Assembly (NCBI GenBank): GCA_035369485.1
Contig: DAOSMC010000001.1
Coordinates: 2,283 to 66,282 of the forward strand
DNA from: Minisyncoccota bacterium
GTDB taxonomy: Bacteria > Patescibacteriota > Minisyncoccia > UBA6257 > JAAZHW01
Length of the DNA: 64,000 nt
Direction of reading: 5' to 3'
Shown here: positions 27,753 to 38,364 of the stretch, piece by piece
How positions within the stretch are numbered: the stretch's first letter is position 1
Layout: the number at the start of each line of letters is the position of its first letter
Notes under the pieces: generated by a model
What the model saw: the letters and a program-made list of their open reading frames with translations, nothing else
Database searches by the model: none
Told to the model about the DNA's origin: nothing
Translations under genes and position numbers: made by a program

Positions 27753-28286
27753 ATGGCAGATTTTCAAGCAATAGAACCATTAAATAAAAAAAAGACAACA
27801 GGATGGATGACTAATTTAATTACTGTTGCAGTAATTATTTTTGTTGTGGTTTTTGCTTTATATTTTGTAGGCGTGTTTTATGAGAATTATATAACAAAAA
27901 ACATATCCGATATTAATGATAAAATTAAGGATTTGGCGAAAGAAATACCGATTGAAGATCGAAATGAAGTATTGACCTTTTATTCCCAATTAATAAATCT
28001 TAGAGCTTTGTTAGCAAATCATTTGTATCCATCTAACATCTTTTCTCGTTTAGAGCTTATCACCCATCCTCAAGTAACTTTTACCACCTTTTCTTATGAA
28101 AATAAAACTTCAATAATTAAGTTAGAAGGATATGCGCGTGATTTAAATGTTCTAGCACAACAACTTTTAGCTTTGCAAAAAACAACAGATTTCGTCAAAA
28201 TTACAGTGAACGATATAAAAAACGCAGCAGACAAAGTGCAATTTGGAGTCGAAATTAATTTTAATCCAACTTTTATTCACAAATAA
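27753..28286 (+). CDS. pilN: PilN-like pilus assembly protein
   Basis: TM helix and coiled coil, LEGYA motif, position after pilM. Confidence 0.7.
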   Translation: MADFQAIEPLNKKKTTGWMTNLITVAVIIFVVVFALYFVGVFYENYITKNISDINDKIKDLAKEIPIEDRNEVLTFYSQLINLRALLANHLYPSNIFSRLELITHPQVTFTTFSYENKTSIIKLEGYARDLNVLAQQLLALQKTTDFVKITVNDIKNAADKVQFGVEINFNPTFIHK

Positions 28287-28289
28287 ATT

Positions 28290-28901
28290 ATGAAAGAATC
28301 GGAAAAAAGAACTATTAGTATTATTATTATTTTGGCTCTTTTTATTGGAGCGGCTATAGTATTTTTTACAATGACTTGGCCGATGTTCGATCAAGTTTTA
28401 AAAGATAATAGAAATCTTGCTTTGGCGAAAGCCGAATATCAAAGACAGGTAGAAGCAGTTCGATTAGCAAAAACCATCGTAGAACAGTATAAAAACCTAA
28501 CGGATGTTAATCAGATGATTTCATTAACCATGCCTCGAAGTGAAGAGTTGTATAATGCAATAGTTCAATTAAATAAAATTTCAGAAGATAGTGGGTTGAG
28601 CATTCAAAGTATTGCGTTGCAAAAAATTGCTAGCGCTACTACTGCACCTAGCAAGACGTTAAGTACATCTTCTCAAAGCTTGTTAAAATCACCACAGCAG
28701 TTGGCTCTGACACTATCTCTTAACGGAACATACGAATCATTTAAAACCTGGTTAGAAGCTGTTGAGACGAATATTCGTTTGATGGATATAACTAATATTT
28801 CTTTTTCCGGAGTTAAAGCTACACCAACAGAGAGAGGGGGTGATGCAGGTTTCAACTTTTTCAACTTTAGCGTTGCTTTAAATTTATATTATCAACCATA
28901 A
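28290..28901 (+). CDS. pilO: PilO-like pilus assembly protein
   Basis: TM helix, GTYESFKTWLEAVETNIRLMDI. Confidence 0.8.
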   Translation: MKESEKRTISIIIILALFIGAAIVFFTMTWPMFDQVLKDNRNLALAKAEYQRQVEAVRLAKTIVEQYKNLTDVNQMISLTMPRSEELYNAIVQLNKISEDSGLSIQSIALQKIASATTAPSKTLSTSSQSLLKSPQQLALTLSLNGTYESFKTWLEAVETNIRLMDITNISFSGVKATPTERGGDAGFNFFNFSVALNLYYQP

Positions 28902-28906
28902 TTAAT

Positions 28907-29278
28907 ATGGAAACTATAGAACAAAAATCAAAAACTAATATCTTTATTTATATTATCATTGCAATTTTAATTGTTGCTATTGTGGGAGTTTATTTTGTAT
29001 TTTTCGCTCCCGAAAAATTAGCAACTTCAGAAACACCCACTGCTATTCCTGTTACTAATACAACTGTTGAAGAGGTTGGTTCGTCTCCTGCGACAAAGAC
29101 TACATCAGCTCCTTTAGTAAGCCATTCCACCTCCACCGATATTACTGGAGGGTTAAGCTCTCTTAAATTAACGCCAGAAGATATTTTAAATAATCCCATC
29201 TTTCAATCATTACGTGCTTATGCTGAACCAGTTGAAGTGCCAACACTTGGTCGTCCGAACCCATTTATTCCTTATTAA
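28907..29278 (+). CDS. Membrane-anchored hypothetical protein in the PilP position
   Basis: TM helix, T/S-rich linker, C-terminal GRPNPF. Confidence 0.55.
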   Translation: METIEQKSKTNIFIYIIIAILIVAIVGVYFVFFAPEKLATSETPTAIPVTNTTVEEVGSSPATKTTSAPLVSHSTSTDITGGLSSLKLTPEDILNNPIFQSLRAYAEPVEVPTLGRPNPFIPY

Positions 29279-29294
29279 AAATAATTAAAATAAA

Positions 29295-31055
29295 ATGATC
29301 CCAAACAAAATTTTATTAGAACTTTTAGTTAAAAATAATAAAATTGATCAGGCCACGGCCGACAAACTTCTCAAAGATAGCCAGACGCTTAATCAACCAG
29401 TAGAAGAAATTATTTACGAAAGAAATCTCGTTCCTCAAGATGAGGTAGCAAAAATTAAAAGCGAGTACTATAAAATTCCAACAAAACATTTCACCAAAGA
29501 GGATATTATTCCCAACGAAGTTTTGAATATTATCCCAGAAGAGGTAGCGCGCACACATCAAATAGTGGCTTTTAAAAAAGATGGAGATACTTTGCACGTT
29601 GGAATGCTTTCTCCTGATGATCAACAAGCTCAGGATATTTTGAAATTTATTGCCAAACAACGCAAACTCAACATTGCAATTTATCTAGTTACTAAATCAG
29701 ACTTGGAAAACATCTGGAAGAATTATCGATCATTTGCTACGCGCTTAAAAGAAATTCAAGACAGCGTAGATATTTTCAAAAGACAAAGCAAGCCATCTCA
29801 TCAACTCTATCAGCAGCGCGTGGTGCGGATTGATGAAGCAAGTGGTATCATTGCTGAAGAGGCGCCAATTATTACGATTGTTTCTACTGTATTAGAAGAA
29901 GCAGTTGAATCAAACGCTTCCGATATTCATATCGAGCCGATGAGAAATAAATTACGCATCCGTTTTCGATTAGACGGCGAGTTGAAAGAAGTACTTTCTC
30001 TTCCTTTGGAATTACAACCAGCGATTATTGCCCGTATTAAAATTCTTTCTGATTTAAAAATTGATGAAACTAGAATTCCTCAAGATGGACGTTTTAGAAC
30101 TATTTTGGATAATAAAGAAATTGATTTTCGTGTAGCGACGTTTCCGACGGCTTTGGGCGAAAAGGTAGCGGTACGTGTTCTTAATCCGTATGTCGGCTTA
30201 AAAACTATTGATGATTTGGGAGTGAGAGCATATCATAAAACTTTGATTGAAGAAGCTATTGCAAAACCATTTGGAATGATTTTAGCCACCGGTCCGACAG
30301 GGTCAGGAAAAACAACTACACTTTATGCTATTCTCCAAGGATTAAATAAAGAAGCGGTAAATATTGTAAGCCTTGAGGATCCGGTAGAGTATTTTATTGA
30401 AGGATTAAATCAATCTCAAGTTAAACCAGAAATTGGTTATGATTTTGCTTCTGGTTTAAGACAGATTGTTCGTCAAGACCCCGATATTATTATGGTAGGA
30501 GAAATTCGAGATAATGAAACTGCAGCTTTGGCAGTACACGCTGCTTTGACTGGTCATTTAGTGCTTTCAACTCTTCATACCAACAATGCAATAGGAGTAA
30601 TTCCGCGTTTAATTGATATGAAAATTGAGCCATATCTTTTACCAGCTTCTTTGATTTTAATGATGGCCCAACGTTTAGTAGGAAGACTTTGTGATCAGTG
30701 TAAACAAAAAGTAGAAGCAACTGGTAGCTTGAAAGAGGAAATAGAAAAATCCATAGCTGCGTTGCCAAAAGAATTGAGGGCAAAGTATCAAAAAGATAAA
30801 TATGAAATTTATTTACCTCAGGGTTGCAAGGAGTGTAATTATAAAGGGATAAAGGGAAGAATGCCTCTCTTTGAAGTTCTCAAAATGACACCATCACTTG
30901 AAGAGATTGTTTTAAAAGATCCATCGGCGGCTAATTTACAACAAGAAGCAGAAAAACAAGGAATGGTTACTCTACGTCAGGATGGCATTATTAAGGCGCT
31001 CGAAGGACTAATTTCCATTGAGGAAGTTCTAAAAGAAACAATGGAAAAAGATTAA
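29295..31055 (+). CDS. pilB: Type IV pilus extension ATPase PilB
   Basis: ASDIHIEP, GPTGSGKTT, RQDPD, CxxC pairs, operon context. Confidence 0.93.
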   Translation: MIPNKILLELLVKNNKIDQATADKLLKDSQTLNQPVEEIIYERNLVPQDEVAKIKSEYYKIPTKHFTKEDIIPNEVLNIIPEEVARTHQIVAFKKDGDTLHVGMLSPDDQQAQDILKFIAKQRKLNIAIYLVTKSDLENIWKNYRSFATRLKEIQDSVDIFKRQSKPSHQLYQQRVVRIDEASGIIAEEAPIITIVSTVLEEAVESNASDIHIEPMRNKLRIRFRLDGELKEVLSLPLELQPAIIARIKILSDLKIDETRIPQDGRFRTILDNKEIDFRVATFPTALGEKVAVRVLNPYVGLKTIDDLGVRAYHKTLIEEAIAKPFGMILATGPTGSGKTTTLYAILQGLNKEAVNIVSLEDPVEYFIEGLNQSQVKPEIGYDFASGLRQIVRQDPDIIMVGEIRDNETAALAVHAALTGHLVLSTLHTNNAIGVIPRLIDMKIEPYLLPASLILMMAQRLVGRLCDQCKQKVEATGSLKEEIEKSIAALPKELRAKYQKDKYEIYLPQGCKECNYKGIKGRMPLFEVLKMTPSLEEIVLKDPSAANLQQEAEKQGMVTLRQDGIIKALEGLISIEEVLKETMEKD

Positions 31056-31082
31056 AGTTAAAGGCGTTTAATTTTAAATTTT

Positions 31083-32159
31083 ATGGCAGATGTTTTTTAT
31101 AAAGAAAAAATAGAAAATTTATTAACTTTAACAGCGCAACAAAATGCGTCTGATTTACATTTTTCAGTTGGTCGCAAACCAACGTTAAGAATTGATGGGC
31201 GTTTAGTTTCTATTGCCAAGGAAGAAGTTTTTACCAAAGAAGTGGTTGAAGGATTAATTGATGCTTTGGTGCCGTCTGGCCGAAAGGAAGAATTTTTGAA
31301 AAATCGAGAAATAGACTTTTCTTACACCTTATCAGATAAAGCTCGTTTTCGAGTAAATGTTTATTTTCAAAGGGGGAATATGGCAGCCGCGTTAAGATTT
31401 ATTCCTTATAAAATTAGAACAATTGAAGAATTGAATTTACCGCCTATTTTACACGATTTTGCAAAATACAGCCAAGGTTTTATTTTAGCAGTAGGACCAG
31501 CGGGTCATGGGAAATCAACAACGTTAGCGGCTATTATTGATGAAATTAATCACGAACGAACAGCCCACATTATTACTATTGAAGATCCTATTGAATACGT
31601 TTTTGTTCAAGATCGTTCGATTATTGATCAGAGAGAGGTTTTATCGGATACATTAAGTTTTCATCGTGGCTTGCGTTCTGTTTTAAGACAAGATCCAGAT
31701 GTTATTATGGTTGGAGAAATGCGAGATCCCGAAACGATTCAAACAGCGATAACCGCTGCTGAAACAGGGCATCTTGTTTTTTCTACTTTGCATACCAATT
31801 CTGCTTCACAAACGATTGATCGCATTATCGATAGTTTCCCTGCTTCCCAACAATCGCAGATTAGAACTCAATTAGCGGCAACACTAGTCGGAATTATTTC
31901 TCAACGTTTAGTACCGCGATTAAATGGTGGTAGAATTCCCGCCTGTGAAGTAATGCTTACCAACTCAGCTATTCGTAATTTAATTCGTGAAGATAAAATT
32001 TATCAAATTGATTTGGTTATTGAAACAAGCATTCAAGAACGTATGATTTCATTGAATCGTTCATTGGCTAACTTGGTTAAACAAAGCGAAATTTCTTTAG
32101 AAACTGCCGAATCGTATTCATTAAACCCGGCAGAATTAGCTAATCTTTTAGCTCGTTAA
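31083..32159 (+). CDS. pilT: Pilus retraction ATPase PilT
   Basis: ASDLH, GPAGHGKSTT, AAETGHLV, AIRNLIRE. Confidence 0.95.
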   Translation: MADVFYKEKIENLLTLTAQQNASDLHFSVGRKPTLRIDGRLVSIAKEEVFTKEVVEGLIDALVPSGRKEEFLKNREIDFSYTLSDKARFRVNVYFQRGNMAAALRFIPYKIRTIEELNLPPILHDFAKYSQGFILAVGPAGHGKSTTLAAIIDEINHERTAHIITIEDPIEYVFVQDRSIIDQREVLSDTLSFHRGLRSVLRQDPDVIMVGEMRDPETIQTAITAAETGHLVFSTLHTNSASQTIDRIIDSFPASQQSQIRTQLAATLVGIISQRLVPRLNGGRIPACEVMLTNSAIRNLIREDKIYQIDLVIETSIQERMISLNRSLANLVKQSEISLETAESYSLNPAELANLLAR

Positions 32160-32168
32160 TTAAACTCT

Positions 32169-33380
32169 ATGGCAAAGTTTCGTTATACAGGCAGAAATGA
32201 TTTAGGAGAAATTCAAAGCGGCGTTGTTGAAGCAGGCAGTCGTGATTTGGCTATTAAAATTTTACAAGATAATAAAATATATGTTCTTTCTTTAGAGTCT
32301 TTAGAAAAGAAGGGATTTTTGGATAGGCTGCTTCAGTCATTTCAACGCGTCAAAACAAAAGACCTTATGATTTTTACTCGTCAGTTAAGTGTTTTACTTT
32401 CGGCAAAGGTTCAATTAGTTGATTCGTTGAAAGCTCTTTATAATCAAGTGACAGATCCCTTGTTGAAGGATGCTATTTTTGATGTTTTTACTGATGTGGA
32501 AGGAGGGATGTATTTTTCTCAAGCTTTAGCAAAGCACCCGAAGGTATTTTCTGATTTTTTTGTAAACATGGTTCGTTCTGCTGAATTATCCGGTCGTCTT
32601 GAAGAGACGTTGAATTACCTTGCGGATTACTTAGAAAAAGATAATAATTTAAAAACAAAATTAAGAAATGCCATGATCTATCCTGCATTTATCATTGTGG
32701 TGTTTTTGGCCGTAATGATATTGGTAGTCACTGTTGTTATTCCTCAATTAAAAGGAATTTTTACAGAATCTGGTAGTCAATTACCATTTATTACTAGAGT
32801 GCTGATGAGCGTTGGTGATTTTTTGCTCAATTGGGGCGTGGCGATTATTGTTTTTCTAGTTATTGCTATTTTTCTTTTCGTAAGATATATTAGAACACCG
32901 GAAGGAAAGGCTTTTTGGCAGCAACTTCTACTTTCGTTGCCGATTATTGGACCAATTCAAAAAAAGGTAGCTATTAGTCGCTTTGCTTCTTCCTGCAGCG
33001 CATTGCTGAAAGGTGGATTGCCGATAGCGAGCTCGTTGGAAATTTCCGGGAAAATTGTTAGCAATATCGTTTATGAAGAAATTCTTACCAAAACAGCTGA
33101 TGCTATTCGAAGTGGTGGTACTATTTCTAATTTTTTAGCTCAATACCCAGATTATTTTTCACCAATGGTTATCCAAATGATAGCGGTAGGGGAGGTTTCA
33201 GGTCAAGTTGATGAATTGATGCAGAAGGTAGCTGATTTTTACAGTAACGAGGTTGATCAGACAGCCGCGAACCTAGCAGAAATTATTCAGCCAGTTCTTA
33301 TCGTTATTCTTGGTGTTTTTATTGGTGTTTTTGTGGCAGCAGTGCTAATGCCAATTTATAACTTAGCTCAAGTATTTTAA
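32169..33380 (+). CDS. pilC: Type IV pilus inner-membrane platform PilC/GspF
   Basis: FTRQLS, AMIYP, GEVSG, MPIY. Confidence 0.94.
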   Translation: MAKFRYTGRNDLGEIQSGVVEAGSRDLAIKILQDNKIYVLSLESLEKKGFLDRLLQSFQRVKTKDLMIFTRQLSVLLSAKVQLVDSLKALYNQVTDPLLKDAIFDVFTDVEGGMYFSQALAKHPKVFSDFFVNMVRSAELSGRLEETLNYLADYLEKDNNLKTKLRNAMIYPAFIIVVFLAVMILVVTVVIPQLKGIFTESGSQLPFITRVLMSVGDFLLNWGVAIIVFLVIAIFLFVRYIRTPEGKAFWQQLLLSLPIIGPIQKKVAISRFASSCSALLKGGLPIASSLEISGKIVSNIVYEEILTKTADAIRSGGTISNFLAQYPDYFSPMVIQMIAVGEVSGQVDELMQKVADFYSNEVDQTAANLAEIIQPVLIVILGVFIGVFVAAVLMPIYNLAQVF

Positions 33381-33444
33381 ATTTTTATAGATATTCTTTA
33401 TAATAAAGGTCGAGATTAATTAAACTCAATTTTAAACTCAAAAC

Positions 33445-33903
33445 ATGAATAAAAAAGAAAAAGGTTTTACCTTAATTGAAATGTTGGTGGTAGTTGCGGT
33501 GATTGGGCTTTTAGCTTCATTGATTTTAGTAGGTTTGTCTAGTTTTAGAACCAGAGGTCGAGATACACGACGAGTGGCTGATACAAAAGAAATTCAGAAT
33601 GGATTGGAGTTGTATTACATGAAAAATGGCAGTTATCCAGTGCTGACGTCTGGTAATTGGGACGATTTAGAACAAGAATTAGTAAATGCTAACCTAGGGA
33701 TTACTAATTTACCTCAGGATCCAACGGCGCCTACCAGGTCTTATGACTATGGTTCGGATGGCCAACATTATGTGATCGCGGTAACGATTGAAGATCCAGA
33801 TGCTAATAAATCTCTTTTAGACAGCGATCTTGATGGTTCGCAATATGGTGGTGTTAATTGTGGTGATGCTTCAAATGATACAATTTATTGTATAGGAATG
33901 TAA
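33445..33903 (+). CDS. Type IV pilin
   Basis: Class III signal KG|FTLIEML, RDTRRVAD, DP motif, C-terminal Cys pair. Confidence 0.92.
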   Translation: MNKKEKGFTLIEMLVVVAVIGLLASLILVGLSSFRTRGRDTRRVADTKEIQNGLELYYMKNGSYPVLTSGNWDDLEQELVNANLGITNLPQDPTAPTRSYDYGSDGQHYVIAVTIEDPDANKSLLDSDLDGSQYGGVNCGDASNDTIYCIGM

Positions 33904-33914
33904 TTCGTATTTAT

Positions 33915-34835
33915 ATGCTACAGCCAGTTATTATTGCGATTGTTTTTTTACTCGGGTTGGGAGTAGGCAGTTTCATCAATGTAATTACCATTCGCTTCCA
34001 ACCCGATAAAAATATCCCTTTTATTAAATTGGTCAGCGGTCGATCACGCTGTAATTTTTGTAAACATCAACTCAAATGGTATGATCTTATACCAATTTTT
34101 AGTTTTATTTTTTTAAAAGGGAAATGTCGCTATTGTGGTAAAAAACTTTCTTGGCAATATCCTATTATTGAAATATTGACAGGCATAATTTTTGCCGGAG
34201 TAACCTACCGGCTTTTGCGACTTGATGTTATTCGTTTACTTCTAGCGTCGGGCACTATACCTTTTTGGATTTGGTTAGTTTTCCTTCTCTTTTTATTTTA
34301 CAGCGCTGTTTTGATTACTCTTTCTATAATTGATATCAAGCATTATCTTTTACCGGATAAATTAATTTATTCAGCAATAGGCGTTTCAGTAGTGGCAGAT
34401 TTACTTTTTTATGGATTGAGCAAAAGCAGTAAATTTAATTTCCCATCGTGCGGTTTGAATTTTTTAAGTAGTTACATGGATTATTTTAATTGCCAATTTA
34501 ATGTTTTAACCTCTTATTTATTTGGTGCATTGGCAGTAGGAGGGTTTTTGTTTTTAGTTTATCTTTTTACACGAGGAAAAGGAATGGGATTAGGAGATGT
34601 CAAATTAGGGATTTTAATAGGTTTAATGCTTGGGCTGACAAATGGTATTTTAGCTTTGGTAATGGCCTTTATTATTGGTTCTATTGTTGGTATAATATTA
34701 TTAGCCTCTAAAAAGAAGTCTCTTAAGGACTGGGTGCCATTTGGGCCATTTTTAGCATTAGGAGTGTTTATTGTTATTTTTTGGGGCTCATTCTTCGTCG
34801 AATCATATTTTTCAATATTTAACTATCTTATATGA
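33915..34835 (+). CDS. pilD: Prepilin peptidase
   Basis: GSFINV, RSRCNFC, CRYC, GLGDVKL, PFGPFL. Confidence 0.94.
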   Translation: MLQPVIIAIVFLLGLGVGSFINVITIRFQPDKNIPFIKLVSGRSRCNFCKHQLKWYDLIPIFSFIFLKGKCRYCGKKLSWQYPIIEILTGIIFAGVTYRLLRLDVIRLLLASGTIPFWIWLVFLLFLFYSAVLITLSIIDIKHYLLPDKLIYSAIGVSVVADLLFYGLSKSSKFNFPSCGLNFLSSYMDYFNCQFNVLTSYLFGALAVGGFLFLVYLFTRGKGMGLGDVKLGILIGLMLGLTNGILALVMAFIIGSIVGIILLASKKKSLKDWVPFGPFLALGVFIVIFWGSFFVESYFSIFNYLI

Positions 34836-35299
34836 AAGAAGTTCCTATCTCAAACACTCTATATTGGGCAGCCATTATTTTTATGGCAATAGTTTTCGTA
34901 GCGACAATTATTTTAAATAGCTACCTTTTTGTTTTGGATAATCAGTTAACTCAACAAATTTATTTATCTCGAGTTGCCTTACAAAAAGCCACTTTAATTA
35001 TTGATTACGGCAATGGTCAAAGAAAAATTTTTGAAGGAGATGTTCCTGCGGGCGGTCTTAGTTTATATGATGTTCTTTTGGCTTCGGCTCAAACTGGCAG
35101 TATTAGCGTTCAATTTAGCAAAACAGCCGATGGTCGTGTTTCTCTTGTTAAAATCGATCAGTACGTAAACAACATGGATCATTATTGGGAATTACAGATA
35201 CCAAAATTTAATTGGAAAAGAGCTTTGAATGATAGTACAATTGATTTAACGCAATTTTATCTTGTAGGCGGTAATACTGCTTATCTCGTATATAAATAA
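34832..35299 (+). CDS. Membrane-anchored hypothetical protein (DUF4430/transcobalamin-C-like)
   Basis: TM helix followed by IDYGNG..FEG..SLYDVL..YW pattern. Confidence 0.45.
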   Translation: MKEVPISNTLYWAAIIFMAIVFVATIILNSYLFVLDNQLTQQIYLSRVALQKATLIIDYGNGQRKIFEGDVPAGGLSLYDVLLASAQTGSISVQFSKTADGRVSLVKIDQYVNNMDHYWELQIPKFNWKRALNDSTIDLTQFYLVGGNTAYLVYK

Positions 35300-35312
35300 A
35301 AACTAAATTAAA

Positions 35313-36140
35313 ATGGAAATTATCAATGGGGAAAATATTTCTCAAGAAATTCTTGAGGATTTAAAGCCGTTTTTTCAAAAACACAAAGCAGCGTTAGCTG
35401 TTATTTCGATAGGCAATAATTTAGGGGGAGAAGTTTTTATTAAACAAAAAAAGAAAGTTGCAGATTATTTATCAATTGAATTTATTCATTTTCATTTTAA
35501 AGAAGACATTTCTAATAAATTATTAAGTAAGAAAATTAATCAAATTGTTAGACAAAATTTTATTAAAGGTGTTGTTTTGCAATTACCATTGCCCAAAAAA
35601 TTTAATACCTATGCTCTGGTAAATATTATTCCTTCTCAAAAAGACGTCGATGTCTTAAATAATGCCCACTTTGCTTCGTATTGTTTTCAACGTAGTTTAA
35701 TTTTACCACCGGCTGTTGAGACAATAAAAATAATTTTTGAAAAATATAATATTAACGTTCAAGAGAAAAATTGTGGGATTGTAGGAGTTGGACGATTAGT
35801 TGGTTTTCCCACTTTGATTTGGTTGTTACAACAGAAGGCTACAGTGTTTGCGGTGGATATTTCTACTAAACAGCCAGAAAAAATTTTGGCGCAATGTGAT
35901 ATAATAATTACAGGCACAGGTAGCCCTCATCTGATTAATAAAAAATTTGTTAAAAAAGGGGCTATTATTATTGATTTTGGGTTTTCTAAAGAAAATGGAA
36001 AAATCAAAGGTGATGTCAATATAGATTCAGTTAAAAAGAAGGCGCTATTAGTAACGCCAACGCCTGGTGGCACTGGTCCCATTCTTGTTGCGGCATTATA
36101 TAAGAATTTAAAAACATTACTACAAAGCAAACAAAAATAA
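35313..36140 (+). CDS. folD: Bifunctional methylene-THF dehydrogenase/cyclohydrolase
   Basis: LQLPLP, KDVD, GRLVG, TPTPGGTGP. Confidence 0.92.
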   Translation: MEIINGENISQEILEDLKPFFQKHKAALAVISIGNNLGGEVFIKQKKKVADYLSIEFIHFHFKEDISNKLLSKKINQIVRQNFIKGVVLQLPLPKKFNTYALVNIIPSQKDVDVLNNAHFASYCFQRSLILPPAVETIKIIFEKYNINVQEKNCGIVGVGRLVGFPTLIWLLQQKATVFAVDISTKQPEKILAQCDIIITGTGSPHLINKKFVKKGAIIIDFGFSKENGKIKGDVNIDSVKKKALLVTPTPGGTGPILVAALYKNLKTLLQSKQK

Positions 36141-36187
36141 GGCCGAATTTAACCTATAAGATTAAAAAATTGTTTATTTAACATATT

Positions 36188-36889
36188 ATGGAATTAGCAG
36201 CTAATCCTGGGAAAAAAATAATAATAGAAGTAGATGGAATAAAATGGGCTCGATATCCTATAAAAACCCATTTTATTACGGAAAAAGATAATTTAGATGA
36301 AATTATAAAAAAATACGTTTTGCCTAATGCTCAAAAAGGAGATATAATTTGCCTTGGTCAAAAAATTGTTTCTATTTTACAAGGTTTAATTATTTATAAA
36401 AAAGATTTAAAAGTTGGATGGTGGGCAAATTTTTTGTCAAAATTTGTTAAAAAGACGCCATATGGTTTTTCGGTCGGTAACCCGTTAAAAATGCAGATAG
36501 CTATTAATTTAGCTGGTCTTCCGCGGATTTTATTTGCTGCTGTTGTTGCTGGTATTTCTAAAATATTTGGTTTTTCGGGCGTTTTTTATCGATTAGCCGG
36601 ACACCAAATTTCGCAAATTGATGGTTTTTATGCCGAAGCCTTTCCTCAATATGGCGAAATGGGCATCTTAGGGCCAAAAAATTGTAATGAACTCTGCGAA
36701 AATTTACAGAAAAAATATGACCACTCCTTTTTGGTAATTGATATAAATGACTTGGGGGGTAATATCTTAGGCTGTAGCAAAGATTTAGCAGGAAAAGAGG
36801 GTCTAATTCTTAAAATTTTAAAAGATAATCCTGCTGGGCAGTCTAATCAACAAACACCTATAATAATTTTACGACAATTATGCAATTAA
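36188..36889 (+). CDS. CofE/F420-0:gamma-glutamyl ligase-like protein
   Basis: PIKTHFI, GDIICLGQKIVSILQG, IDG, DINDLG, DNPAGQSNQQTPI. Confidence 0.7.
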   Translation: MELAANPGKKIIIEVDGIKWARYPIKTHFITEKDNLDEIIKKYVLPNAQKGDIICLGQKIVSILQGLIIYKKDLKVGWWANFLSKFVKKTPYGFSVGNPLKMQIAINLAGLPRILFAAVVAGISKIFGFSGVFYRLAGHQISQIDGFYAEAFPQYGEMGILGPKNCNELCENLQKKYDHSFLVIDINDLGGNILGCSKDLAGKEGLILKILKDNPAGQSNQQTPIIILRQLCN

Positions 36890-38364
36890 AAAATATTATT
36901 AATCACGAAACAAAAAGTGTTAATTCCGCCGCTATTATTTTGGCAATAGCGTCTCTTGTTTCTGCTTTGCTGGGTCTGATTAGAGATCGTCTTTTAGCGG
37001 GAACTTTTGGCGCTGGAAGAGAATTAGATATTTACTACATTGCCTTTAAAATTCCGGATTTTATCAGCATAGTTTTAATAATTGGCGCAATTTCTGCGGC
37101 GATCACTCCTATTTTTAGTCATTATTTAGTTCGCTCCAAAAAAGAAGCGTTTGATTTTCTCTCAAATCTTATAAACGTGTTTTTATTATTTTTAATTATC
37201 CTTTCTTTAATTTTAATTATTTTTGTTCCTCAACTTCTTTATCTGATTGCGCCTGGATTTTCGGTTGAAGAAAGAGAAATGGCGGCTGTTTTAACTCGTA
37301 TTATGTTTTTAAGCCCGATATTGTTAGGAATAAGCAATATCATATCTTCTGTTTTAAGAGTTTTTCAAAGGTTTTTAGTTACTTCTATAGCACCTATTTT
37401 GTACAATGTCGGTATTATTATTGGTATTTTGTTTTTTGTACCTATAGCCGGATTAAAAGGTTTGGCTTGGGGCGTAGTGTTGGGAGCGTTTTTTCACCTT
37501 GTTTTTCAAATTCCAACCCTTATCCAATTAGGATTTAAATTTCAAAAAAAATTAAAACTAAGAGATCCAGGTGTAAAAAAAGCAATAGAGTTAACTATCC
37601 CTCGTTCTATTGGATTAGCCACAACCCAAATTAATTTAATTATTATTAGCGCTATTGCTTCTATTTTAAGTTCCGGCAGCATAGCGATTATGAATTTAGC
37701 AGATAATCTTAGTCGGCCTCTTTACACCTTCATCGCTGTTTCGTTAGCGACAGCTGCTTTTCCAGCATTAACCCTGGCTTTTTCTAAACAAGAAAAAAAT
37801 AAATTTCAAGATATTTTTTCAGCAACTTTTAAAAAAATTTTTTGGCTAACATTTTCATTAGGCATAATTCTATTCCTTTTTAGAGATTTAATTGTAAAAA
37901 TTATTCTTCACACAGGAAAATTCGCACTGACGGATGTTCGCTTAACCGCTATTTGTTTTGGAATCTTTGCTGTTGGTATATTTGCTCAAGGACTTGTATT
38001 ATTAATTGCTAAATCTTTTTACGCGCTCCACGACACTAAGACGCCAACCATTATTAGTATTTTAAGTGCAATTTTTAATATTGTTTTATGTTTCGGGTTT
38101 ATTAAATTACTTTCTTTCCCTAATGCCTTTAGTCAATTTTTTCTTAATTTATTAAATATTAATAGTCTTCAACTAACGTCAGTGGCAGCTCATCCATTCA
38201 TTGTTAAATTTTTAGGAATTTATAATTTAACCGGCATAGAAGTCATAGCTTTGCCTTTGGCTATTTCTGTTTCCGCGGTTTTTCAATTTATATTCCTTTA
38301 TATTCTTTTTTGTCGTAAAAAAGAGAAAGTATTTCAAGAACAATCACTTAGTGAAATAAATTAA
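36880..38364 (+). CDS. murJ: Lipid II flippase MurJ (MviN)
   Basis: LGLIRD..FGAG..D.Y..AFKIPD, APILYN, FYALHDTKTP. Confidence 0.93.
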   Translation: MQLKNIINHETKSVNSAAIILAIASLVSALLGLIRDRLLAGTFGAGRELDIYYIAFKIPDFISIVLIIGAISAAITPIFSHYLVRSKKEAFDFLSNLINVFLLFLIILSLILIIFVPQLLYLIAPGFSVEEREMAAVLTRIMFLSPILLGISNIISSVLRVFQRFLVTSIAPILYNVGIIIGILFFVPIAGLKGLAWGVVLGAFFHLVFQIPTLIQLGFKFQKKLKLRDPGVKKAIELTIPRSIGLATTQINLIIISAIASILSSGSIAIMNLADNLSRPLYTFIAVSLATAAFPALTLAFSKQEKNKFQDIFSATFKKIFWLTFSLGIILFLFRDLIVKIILHTGKFALTDVRLTAICFGIFAVGIFAQGLVLLIAKSFYALHDTKTPTIISILSAIFNIVLCFGFIKLLSFPNAFSQFFLNLLNINSLQLTSVAAHPFIVKFLGIYNLTGIEVIALPLAISVSAVFQFIFLYILFCRKKEKVFQEQSLSEIN

